Positions 1 to 12,933 of a DNA stretch of 64,000 nt are shown in pieces. Location: positions 2,604,001 to 2,668,000 of the forward strand of contig CM038998.1 in NCBI GenBank assembly GCA_017499595.2, written 5' to 3'. Below the pieces are notes generated by a model. It worked only from the letters and a program-made list of their open reading frames with translations. It was not told where the DNA came from and ran no database searches. Made by a program: the position numbers and the translations under genes. Source of the DNA: Psilocybe cubensis (lineage: Eukaryota). How positions within the stretch are numbered: position 1 is the first letter of the stretch; each line of letters begins with the position of its first letter.

Positions 1-266
1 TGAATAATTGACTACAACCCTGGTGGAAGGAGTGGGGAAACCAAAGAGTTCCATTGAATTCTGTGGGATGAGACCGAGCTGGTTGCAACGGAAACATACG
101 GTTGTTAATGGTAACGTCCAGAGCATGCCGCGATCAACCAAGAATTTCACAACAGGGCTAAATTACATCACATTTGTTTATGGTAAAGCTAATGAAAACA
201 TCCGAGAAGTCCGTTAACGACGCAATTCAATGAAAGTCTCATAATCAACGCAAAGTGTCCAAATCT

Positions 267-2874
267 TCACAGTGTACCTCCAGTTGCACCAGTCAGCTGT
301 CTAACAAGATACATTCCTCTCCCTTCGTCTACACTCTTTGAGTTTCTCACACCAATCACACTTTTCGGCCTGGGACGAGTTATACCCGCCCCTATCATTC
401 CGAGTTGCTTTGTAGGACTTATGCTACGGGTCGGACTTAACCCCCCACCCGTAAGCTGTCGTAAAATTGCTTCACTCCCGCCCGCATTTGTGAATTGTCG
501 CGCGATTGTAGTCGATCCGGTATACTGAGGGGTAACTTTGCTAAAGGTTTCCATGGTATGGGGTGAGAGTTTAGCAGAATTCCCTATAAACGGAGGTGAC
601 AACGTAGACCGTATTGGTGACCCTTGAGGGGAGCCACCAACACCAAGCAGTAACTGTATAAAGGAATGTTTATCTTTATGAAAAACAAGGCCCTGTCAAG
701 CCAGAAGCTTACCAAACACTCTCGACACCAGATACCGCCATCTCCGTCGCTTTTGGCGGCGCTGTCTAGCTTTTTTCCACATCCTGGTTCTCCTAGTTTT
801 TTACAATCTCGCACCCTGCCCAGCAATGCCACTCGGGTTGGTTCTTTCTTACCGCCACAAACAAGGCATGAAGCATGCCATCGTGTGCCTTGAGGCCCAG
901 GAACGACCCCGAATTCCATAACAGATACTGGTTTTTGGCATCCTGGACAGGCATTTTGGCCACCAAAGCGCGGGAATGTAGATTTCGCAGGAGATGCCTG
1001 CGTGATTTCTTGCATGGTCAACGAAGGCGGAGGCATTGAACTAATAGCTGGGCTTGAGTTATGACGGCTTGGAGGCGACGTAGAGGTCCCCATTAGGAAC
1101 GGTTGATGCAAATTCTGGATGCCAACTGGATTGCGGGAGACAAACTGCTCTGTAGGTGCGCACTAGATTGATAATGTTAAGAGCGGCCAATCTTTTGTGA
1201 GGTTGATGGAAGGTACCTGCGTATGACAAGGTCCAGCCTCGCTCTTTACAAAAGATGCTTGCCCTTTTTTGGCATCATTGAAAGGTTTGTAGCACACCGC
1301 ACACCTAAAGCACTCAGTGTGATACACATGAGGGGCATCGTTTTCATCGGCACCAGGAATCGTAACAAACTGACCACCCTCGCGATGATTAAGGATGGGT
1401 TTCTTGCATTTCCAACATACAGAAGATGTTGTCACAGGTATGAATGAGCCTTGAGAGACGGAGCTTGTGGTATTAATAAAGTTTATAGGACCATTAATCT
1501 TCGGCGGTCTTTCGGAACATTTTACCTTCTCCGAATCGAGAGTGGTGTATTGTAATCCTTTAGACGATATTGATCCTAAATAAGCCATGTCACAAACACG
1601 ATGTACCAATATATAACAGGATGTTGCTTACCGTTGTCGATGGTCAGGGACAAATCAAAGCTTCTAGAAGTGGGAGGAATGGACTTGGGATATGTGAGTT
1701 CATGGCCAAGATCCAGAGGCTACTTTGTGGGAGTACCTTTTCCGACCGTTTCGACTTTGGAGAGCCCGTGTCAAGTAAGTTACGGTTCAAAGGTGTGTCC
1801 ACCCTCCCCGACGTACGGCGACTTGTTTCTGCGATCGGGCTGCCCTCGCGAGATTTCGTGATACCCAATCGCATTTCAAGTTCTTCAATGGCTGGGCTAT
1901 TTTCTCGACTCTCCCTTCTATAGCTTGTATTTAGGCCACCCTGGTCATTGATGTTCGGGCTAATATTACTAGTAGTCGTTTTGTTTTTCTTGGGAGTCGT
2001 TGGATCACGTTTAAGACAATTATCAAAACATTCTACGCATGATGGTCGCCCAAGAAGATCAACCATGGGGGCATCACCGATATTCTTGAAGCACCCTGCA
2101 CAGTTGTAGCAACGTTTGTGCCAGTACTTGCCACCCGAATGGATAAAGCCACCTTCGGCTTTGAGGGCAAGCACCGGTCTCGAACACGTTGGACAAAAGC
2201 CTTTAGACCCGCCGGAGACAGTAAAACAAGGCTTGCACAAGAAGGACGTTGAATTTGAAGGGTTAGGATATATAGTTGCATCGGGAGGGAAAATGGTCGA
2301 GCATAAGCCACAAGAATGCATCGTAAGGGTATCTTTGGGCTGTAATACAGAGCCGTAGACTTTGGATAAAGTAGGTTCGTGAGGTAAGAAGGATGGTATA
2401 ATGTCATTCTCCAGGTCGGACAAAGTTGTTGACATTTTGAGAGGAGAAGGGGGTCGAGGAGATATTGAGGTCGCCTGTGTAATATGATCGGTCATGTTAT
2501 GAAGAGACTTTACAGGTCCAGATGAGAATGAGAGGGGTCTTGGAAACTTCCTGGTAGTGGGATTAGATGCTGCAGATGTAGTTCCATATGTTTGTGGTTT
2601 GGTTCCAGAGTTAGCTTGTTCCTGGCTATGATTTGAAGACCCGGATGGGCTTGAGACATAGGTCTTGGACCATCTATCTTCTGTTTGGGGTTTTGGTGTT
2701 GATTCGGAATATTTGAATGACAATACAGGTGCTAAAGAAACAAACGATAGAAATATGGTCAACTGCGCGTGAAATGTTGTCATCGAAGGCCACATACGAC
2801 ATACCTACTGGAGTGCCCCCACAGTGGCAGCGAACGCCTGATACTATGTCACCGCAGCGCCTGCAAAATCCCAT
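267..2874 (-). CDS. Multi-LIM-domain (zinc-binding) protein, spliced
   Basis: Start MGFCRRCGDIVSGVRCHCGG followed by a GTATGT donor. LIM motifs CPTC..WHKRCYNCAGC..CVEC, CWKC..YHTECFRCAVC..CH and CPGC..WHASCLVCGG..WCREC lie in ORFs 1644-2795, 1163-1609 and 584-1111. Stop at 267-269. Confidence 0.85.
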
Positions 2875-4288
2875 GCGGTTTATATCTTACTATGTTAGCT
2901 TATGCAAAGATTATCGAGTATTGAAGGTCGCTAATGCTGCTTTCACTGGCGTTCAGTAGCAACGTTGGAACAGCCTACTTTGGGTAATTCAACCATCGCG
3001 CCGTGCACGTGCTAATATGACGGTGCAATGATAAGATCATATGTATCGTCTTTGTAACCGTTTAATCACCGCAGAATATCTTTGCAAGTAGAGAAGCTGT
3101 TTGCTGGGTAAAGTCTTGGAGTGGGCAGATATGGGGTACTAATTATTGATAGTACACAAAGTAGTCACTGCTGTAGTTGACGGTGTGTATGCAGGCCATA
3201 AGCGTTGGGAATACTCCGGCATAAGGGACGAAAGAAAATTTGGATACTACACAGGCGGACCTTAATCCCAAATCAGTATGCGTTGATTAGACTCCAAAGT
3301 ATCTGAGTTTCAATTTGAGTTCAACGCAATCTAATCTCGAGATTTTTTGCGACGTAGATAACTCCAGTGAATTTAGAACCCGGGTCAATTTTGTTTGCAC
3401 CCACCATCGTTTTGCGCCCAACGCACCCGCCATTGTCGCGTCCTGCCTATCCGTTGCAATTCATATAATTTTGAATCACAACCACTCTAAAATGAACAGA
3501 CATTTTGCTGACATTACAAACAAAACCGGAAACGTAAGCTCATTGACCCCGCCGTGTGGATTCTCGTGATATTTGGCTGTATTGTGTTCACAATTCTGAC
3601 GTGATTTTTTTCCTTGCCTCCACTTCCGCACTTGCTTTGCAACCTCAACCACCCACTGAGTTTCGTTTAAACTTTTGTTTTCTGCTTCTGTAATGGACAT
3701 GTGTCCATCAGGTATCACGTTGGAACCGATTCCAGCCCCCGGTTTGTGGGGGTCCCTTGTTTGTGGACGTTTACCTGGTTTCTTTGATCTTTTTTAGTGA
3801 GGTTTTTTGGTTTATGATTGTTTTGTGGCGTTGCCTCCGAGTCCAGGTATGTTTGTATTCTTTGAGCATTTCTGAAACAACTTATTGACAACCTATTTCC
3901 CTTATCCAGGTTCCCGCTGTACGATGCTTGGGTGTTGTGAGTTTTTAGAGGTGTAAGGTGAGTGAGTCTTAATTCTAACACAAAATTTTAATATATCTAA
4001 ATGTACTTCTCATTCTTCTAGCTCGCTACAACTCGTTTCAGGCTCAAATGGTGGAGGACCTAGATTGAATTACACTACACAGCATAGTATAGCTTTTGTA
4101 TTTTTTACTTTGTAAATTTGAATACTGGTTTGACATGAAAATTTTCGTGACTTGGTTTGATTCTGAACTGAACCAGCGGGGCAATGAACAACCGAACCGG
4201 TCAATACCATATTTTATTTCGTGTTGGGCGCTAGGCTCGTGCCCAGCCATTTCTGACTCAGCATATTTCGAGCTCCGCTCGGTTTCGT

Positions 4289-5042
4289 CAGAAACGGCTG
4301 GGCCAAACGGTTCGGTTTTGGCAGAGTCACGCTTTGTCACGTCGGACTTAGTGTCGCGACCACTACCCGTCCCCCTCCCCCTCGAATTCTGAATCCTCTG
4401 AATCTTCAATAACATCGTACTCCTCCTCTATTTCCTCAAGATCCATGTCAAGGTCAAACCCTGCACGCTAGACTCGCCCATACTGTCTGAAGCTGAAGCA
4501 TGATTTGAATCTACAGAGGATGTAGAGACTGCATTTGGGACAATCTGGGTATCCAGAGGTTCACTTTTGATGGAGGTGGGATGTGCAGGTATGTCTCTTT
4601 CATTGTCTGTTTCATCTGCAGAGACTGGGTTCATTAACCGCCCGGACCTGCCATCTAATCTTAGAAGCAGTTCACCTGCGCCATGATATATGATTTTTCG
4701 GCTAAAATTACAAGTCATTTTTTTCTCAAAAAAAATTTTTTTCGTGACCTTGTAAAAATGAATTTTATTATAAAAGAAACCTATCTAAATGATTCTGAAG
4801 ACAACTTTTTTTTAAGTTGTGGAAGGTTGTTGTTGAGGCAAATCGCGTTTTTTTCACTAAGTCCGAGTCACAAAACGAGGATTCCCTCAAATCCGAACCG
4901 TTTGTCCCAGGCCTTCTGTGAATCTCTCTCTTTTCGCACTCCGATCAATGTTTGACGACATAAACAAAGACAACATTTGTACAAACATATCACTCGGTAC
5001 CTGCCTTATCTAGAAAAGAGACGAGATTCACAGAAGGCCTGG
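4289..5042. repeat. Nested imperfect inverted repeats (4289-4353 vs 4855-4918; 4907-4935 vs 5013-5042), probable DNA-transposon/foldback relic
   Basis: Exact 12-bp cores CAAACGGTTCGG (4304-4315 vs revcomp 4893-4904) and TCGGACTTAGTG (4342-4353 vs revcomp 4855-4866). A second IR of 29/30 bp has one indel. Confidence 0.7.
4360..4683 (-). pseudogene. Frameshifted acidic low-complexity coding relic
   Basis: ORF 4428-4718 (…SADETDNERDIPAHPTSIKSEPLDTQ…) continues in a shifted frame as AGFDLDMDLEEIEEEYDVIEDSEDSEFEGEG, then stops. It lies between the IR arms. Confidence 0.4.
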
Positions 5043-6142
5043 CTCGCGAGGCTAGTTGGGCGCATATTGTGTTTGCGTCGGGCGCATGTCACTGATGAGA
5101 TTTGCGCATGTTGCTCATGCGTAAATTTCAACTTTTGGGCTTATGCGCCCATCGCGTGCGCTTAATTCGTTAAATCACGCGTGTTTTATTTGCAATTGAT
5201 TTGAACCAACAATATCGCAAACGTACTCCGTAGATCGACCCGCCTGTGTAACCCACAACCAATACACCACTTGTTGGTGCAAAGCTGGTATTGCCAATCT
5301 AATCCAACAGCTAACCGCAAGGTAACGCCGTGATTGTAAATGGCCTTTAATATTTTGTTCTTCAACTATTGGAAAGTTAAATAAGAAGTGGATCCATGCC
5401 TCAGGAAGCATCGTCATCTGCACATATCATAAATTGAGAAAGTACTAGTCATACCATTGTGAAATATCTTGCTTAACACTTTCCTTGGGGGAACCAAAAC
5501 CTGTCCTTGTTCAAGGTGGCTGGGTTTGGGAATGGGCTTATAAAAAGTTGTGGAAAACCCTTGAAAACTTATGGCTATCAATTTGCTTAATAAAACTGCT
5601 GGAGAAGTTTTAGAAAGATGATATATACCTTTGATTCGCCGCAAGGGTGTGTACTGGCTATGTAAGCCTTCAAGGGAACTAGATAAAAATCGACAAAACG
5701 TATTCGACAAAATATGCAGCAAACATCAAGGAACTCGCAGTCCTCATCAAGAGGTTCATTGCTATATCTACGGTATACGGTATTCTAGTAAAATAATCGT
5801 ACCTTCACAAAGGAGATCAAAGATCCCGATTTTTTTATTTCACATTCCAAAGTATACAGAATACTTTGCATTGCAACGATCCGTACTCAGTCTGATACTA
5901 TGTGGAAGAGCGTGATGCTAACTGATTAAGAACTAATTTGTTTCTTCGTGAGCGCTGGTGAACGATCAGCATGTACAATTTGTGTAGCCTCAAACATCTG
6001 TAGAAATGGAAGTGGGCATTTGTTGAGGGCATAAAATGGACCCCGACAGAAGGCGTAGTTTGTATGTTTTCAACCTACTTTGAATAAATGATAACATATA
6101 TATATATAATATACATATTGTCAGATATCCAATCCAGACCCA

Positions 6143-8433
6143 TCAAAGTTTTACATGCACATGTGGGTGCCAGTCAACCCGTTGGACCTAGCAAAATATG
6201 ATAAGCGATGTAGAATTTTCGAGGTGTTTCCATCATACCATTTCAGGACGCAGGTCCCGAATTGTTGAAGCACCAACTAAACGCATCGCGGTTACAACTT
6301 CTCGCCTTAATATCTCAATTATCTTAGATACGCCAGATTGTCCGTAGGCCTAAAACAAGTGAGATCAGCCCCCTAGTAGACAGCATTGATTCTCGGAAGT
6401 TCATTACGCTTTGTGCATAAAGGAATGGTCTCCCCAGGCCAACTGCTTTCGCTCCTAAGCACACGGCCTTTATGATATCTAGATAAGTTAGTCATGAACA
6501 ACGATCAAGTACCAAGAAAGGACATCAACAACACACCAGTCCCACGGCGAATACCGCCTGCAAGCGGGTCAGAAAACAGAGAATCTAAAGGGCATTCAAT
6601 GGGACCTCACCATCGATATACACTGCCAACTCCTTGTCAGAATATGTGCACTTAACAGATGATATTTCTTTACCTTCCAATTTGTCAAATATTTCAGGAT
6701 GTTGTTGACGGATAGAATACAAGACTTCCAGAGGAGGTAAAGAGCTGCATCGAGCTTAAGTTTATTGCGGCGGCGATTAAGAGAAAATAAATTACTATTC
6801 CAGTTGTCTGCCTGCAAGTGATTTTTTGTTATTGATTTTGCTTTATGAAAATTACGAAGGATGTACCTCCATGGTTTGACAGAAGAATTCCGTCGACCTT
6901 GGCTTCCGCAGCGAGAATAGCATCCTAACTTTCACTTTAACATTATTCATGATCTGACATTGATAACGGCCCTAACCTCTACACATTGAATCCCTGATAG
7001 ATAACGAGAAAGGCAGAAAATATGAATGCATTCAAAATGTAATACAGAGTTGGATTAAGACCTTTGATGACAATAGGCAATTTGGTGATGCTTCTTAGCC
7101 ATGGAATTGTCTGGATAGAAATAAGAATACATAGATGTATAAATCGTCATTTTCTATAACACACACCTTTTCCCAGGTCATATCTCGGTCATCATTAGCG
7201 ACTAATGCTCCCGCCGTTCCAAAGACGTTAACGCCATCCTTTGGCTCGTCACTTGTTCCCGACGCAAAATATACAGGTCCAGATTCTTGTTCTTCCAAAA
7301 TCCACGGACTTCGGATATCTCTTTCACGATTACCAGCGACTATGGCGTCAACAGTCAAGAAAATTGCTTTGTAACCCAGGTTTTCCATCTCGCGGACCCG
7401 CCTTTCTGCAATGTCGTCATCCCGATGCTTATACAATTGGAAAAAGAGGGTTTGAGACTGATCCGCTGATGCCATGATATCAGCTGCGGAAAACGATGAA
7501 TTGGACGAGATCATCTGTATAATGCCTTCCTTGCACGCAGCTCTTGTGATGTTCAGTTCACCTAGCCAACATTACGCAACATTAGAAATGACTTCTACTG
7601 AACAAAGACTTCGTAATACCGTCAGGGTGTCCCAACTTGGCGAGTGCAGCCCCGCTGACGAATACAGGGATTGAGGATCTAAATCCCAGTATTGTAGTTG
7701 AAGGATCGCAGTGAGCTACGGCACGCATAACTCGAGCACGGAAGAAGAACCGGGTAAAAGCTCTCGCATTTTCGCTGTTGGCTGTAAAGGGGATACATAT
7801 AAGTAAGTAAAATAATTACATCCAATGCAGGCAAAATGAACTCACTGATTTCATCGTCTGAGGCCGAAGAATAATATGCTAGCGCTTTATGCGATAACAC
7901 CTGTCGAGCGACATTCTAATTCAAGCTGGATAAGAGAGAATCATTGTAAGGGCCATCACTAATCGTTACCTCCATGTCCATTAAACTGAGAATCCTACTT
8001 AAGGGGGGCATTCTTTGGCGAGCGAGTTCCACTCTGCGTTCATCTTTCGTTTTCTTAGCCTTCAATTTCTCTTGCTGTAGGATGTTGATAGATTCGCCAT
8101 TTAGGTATCCAAGGTGCTTTGATGCTGGAAGATTTTTATCAAGCGCATCGGGGGGATGAATCGGCTCATAGGCGGAAGTTGCATCTCGACCTCCGTATTT
8201 GAGAATGATGGCAGCTCCTCCCGGATGTTCCTGCATGGAAATGGAGGATAAATTTATGCGAGGGGATTAAATACGAGAAATACCGGAAGAAATTCAGTAA
8301 CATCGTAAACCTTGTTTTTGATTATAACCCAACAAGAACTACGCTATTCAGGGCTGTGTCTCCTTGGGAAACAAATGATGCCGTACTTTTGGGACTTGTG
8401 TTGGGCAACCTGTTGGAGAGTAAAAGATGGCAT
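6143..8433 (-). CDS. Flavocytochrome b2-like FMN-dependent alpha-hydroxy acid dehydrogenase with N-terminal cytochrome b5 domain
   Basis: [34 protein letters not shown] (heme b5). Also [37 protein letters not shown] and DGEV/GGIRRGT-type motifs across many short exons. C-terminus [14 protein letters not shown]. Confidence 0.9.
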
Positions 8434-8727
8434 TGTTTAGCGGCGCTGTGTGAGGATAGTCAGTGAAAAAGAAGGGCTTAGTTGTTGGGACACGAGGCGC
8501 TGAGAGTTATCGTTTTCATTTTATAAATGAAGGATCGTCTTTCCCACATTCCAGGGGTTTTAGACCCAATGTGATCCGTCGCGGGCCGCGACTCACAAGA
8601 TGCACGTGACACCCGCGTTGCTTGCCTTTGTTATGACTCGAACCGCGCATGGTCGGCATGCATCATCACTGTCATTTACTATCCACTCAACACCAACCAC
8701 AAAGGCAACGCTTCGCCATCGCCTCCA

Positions 8728-10943
8728 ATGGCGCCTCTACCAAGTAGACGGTCATTGGAAAATATGAAACGGGCGGACCTACAGAGGATATGCAAGGTAT
8801 CTGCTTTCAACCATCCCTTGTGAACTAATTCTCATCTACGCTGTAGGATTATGGTGTAAAGGCTAATCTCAAGTCTGAGGCTTTGATTGACTTGTTGCTT
8901 GATACACAGTATGGAATACTCTACAGCCTCATAGACTTGCATGATACTGAATCCCATTAGAACACCTCAGCCCCCACAACACACTCGGCGATCCGTTTCA
9001 ACAAGGCCCCCCAGTAAGGCGGGTCCAAGTCGGGTCTCGTCTATGATCGTACATGACATTAGTGAGGAGGAAGAAGATGAAGACTTAACGGAAGAACAAC
9101 CGGAAGAGCCGCCAGTTCCAGAACCTCCAATAGTGCCTGTTCGAACTCGCAAAGCCAAGGAATTACAGACACGGCTTGGTGTTGGAAAGCCTGTGTTAGC
9201 TGGAGGCCAGGGCCCAAGAGCAGTTACCAGATCATCTGGATCCTCACGTTCCAGGGCATCCCGATCAAAATATAGCAGAAGCGTAAAGCCAATGGAGGCA
9301 ACAATAGAAGAAGGTCCGTCGTCATAATATCTGCCCGCTAAAACACTAAATATGGATTCTATAGAATCGGAAATACCAAACAATTCATCGAAACGTGTGT
9401 ACATTGATTAATATCGATTTTAAAATGGGCTACTAAATAACCTCGATAGCACCTATTAACCTAGAAGACAATCCATCCTCTTCCGAACATCATGCTGGAG
9501 TTGCGACAATACAGACAGCGGAAAACAATGCTCAGATTCCGGATGTGAGATCTATGGTTGAGGATGCAGTCAGTCCCACACATCTATGATTAATTTTGGC
9601 TTCCATCTTATCCAATCATATAACAGATACGCCCGCTTCAACTCCAAATACAGGGACTTAAATTGGAAATTGACCAAATGCAAACTATTAAATCTAACAT
9701 TGCCAATCTACAAAAGCAAGTGGTTGGTATATCCAACATACAACAGAATCCACAGACACAAGATTCGCCTTTTCGTGACATATTCGACCTTGTTAATTCT
9801 TTGAAAGAAGAGGTCAAACAGTTGAAAGAGGATCTCAAGGCTTCTCAGCCACCCTCCCGTCCTTCTACTCCAAAAGGAAAGTCTGGTCCACCGAAACAAC
9901 CGCCACTGTAAGCAATCACATTTTTTCCCGTGCATCTTTTTAATTTCAGTATTAGTGGATTTGGCTTTCCATCATCATGGCAGAATATGGGCAGCCCCGG
10001 ACCATCCAACGTTGCAATTGGACCAGGTCTTGCCTTTGGACATCCAGGCGTTGCTCAAAGTACGCTTGGTAAACGAAACCGGAACTCCGAAGACGATAGC
10101 CACATTATTGACGAAGGCGACGAAGCGGCGTACACAGAAACTGAGTTGGCCAAGAAAGTTGTCAGCCCCACCAAAAAAAAGGCAAGGACTGACAATAGGG
10201 ACCAAGAGATACCAGTTTCAAATGATGTACCAGAAAATAATGTGGATGGGGTGAGCCCTAGTAAAGCATTGCCTGCTTTCACCGTTTTTACAGATTCGGG
10301 GGAACCAGTGGATTTGATTGATCCCCCTCCGCCCACCGAACGTTTGCCGGAATTGTTCGAGCCTCCGTCGTCTCCTAGTTCAAGTTCGCCCAGACAAAGG
10401 GTCAAATCAGCGGCAGGTGTGCCAACCAGCTCAGCCAATGCAGCTGAAAACCAACCTCATCCGTTTGGTTTCTCTTTTTTACCAATGTCATCCACCCCAC
10501 AAAATCCAATGTACATGCCAAGTTTTCCATATCCGGAACCCCCTCAATCACCGTCGCCGGCTGGACCAAATACAGGTTTTTCCTCGGGCCGACAACATGA
10601 TGAACGAACCGATATTTTCAAGAATTTTGGGTTTCCTTCTCCCCACAGATCGAGCCGGCATTATGGAAGTCTAACAGAGGACCGAGGGGGTTTCGTCAAT
10701 CCGGCAGCAATATCGCAGCAGGGGACCTCTGGAAAGCAGAGAGAGGTGACTAGTAATGAAGTGGCCGTAGGACTAGGTCTGACGACAATCCGCACAACTT
10801 CATCGTCCGACGTGGGAGCTATCCCAACCGGAGACACTCCTCCGAGCAAACGAACGATGTATGGGACTGAGCTTGAGACAGATACCCGATTTGGAGATTT
10901 TGGCGTCGAAGGCGTAGCGTCGGGATTTTGGACAAAGTACTAG
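8728..10943 (+). CDS. Uncharacterised nuclear protein with N-terminal SAP-like motif, coiled coil and Pro/Ser-rich disordered C-terminus
   Basis: ATG 8728 MAPLPSRRSLENMKRADLQRICK, intron 8797-8846, then DYGVKANLKSEALIDLLLDT. Continues through ORFs 8941-9327, 9663-9911 and 9930-10943, ending RTMYGTELETDTRFGDFGVEGVASGFWTKY. Confidence 0.75.
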
Positions 10944-11222
10944 ATAGCATCCTATTCCTATTTTTCTATTCAGTCTTCTCAACCTTGTTCCCAGTGAACT
11001 GTAATCTACTCTTTGTAAATTTTTGGCACCACATCTTGTTTTATCCAGTAGTTTTTAAGAAGATTCATGCCCTTTTTTTCGTTCCGTTAAATATATAAGA
11101 TTCAATACAAATGATGTCCAAGATTTAAGCTACGTTAGTTTCCTCTAACAGAGTTATTTGTACATCCAAATTCCGTGGGTAGTATTTCCGGCGTATATGG
11201 CATTGTGTATAGGCTGCTGAGT

Positions 11223-12933
<1,711 letters not shown>

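Noticed and set aside
8..217. 69-aa plus-strand ORF at the window start
   Set aside because: Non-ATG start, no motif, and it lies in the 3' flank of the LIM gene.
5175..5940. Short ORFs on both strands (5175-5423, 5414-5722, 5631-5915) and a Trp-rich fragment KPVLVQGGWVWEWAYKKLW
   Set aside because: No recognisable domain and no consistent splice model. It may be decayed coding DNA, but I cannot support a call.
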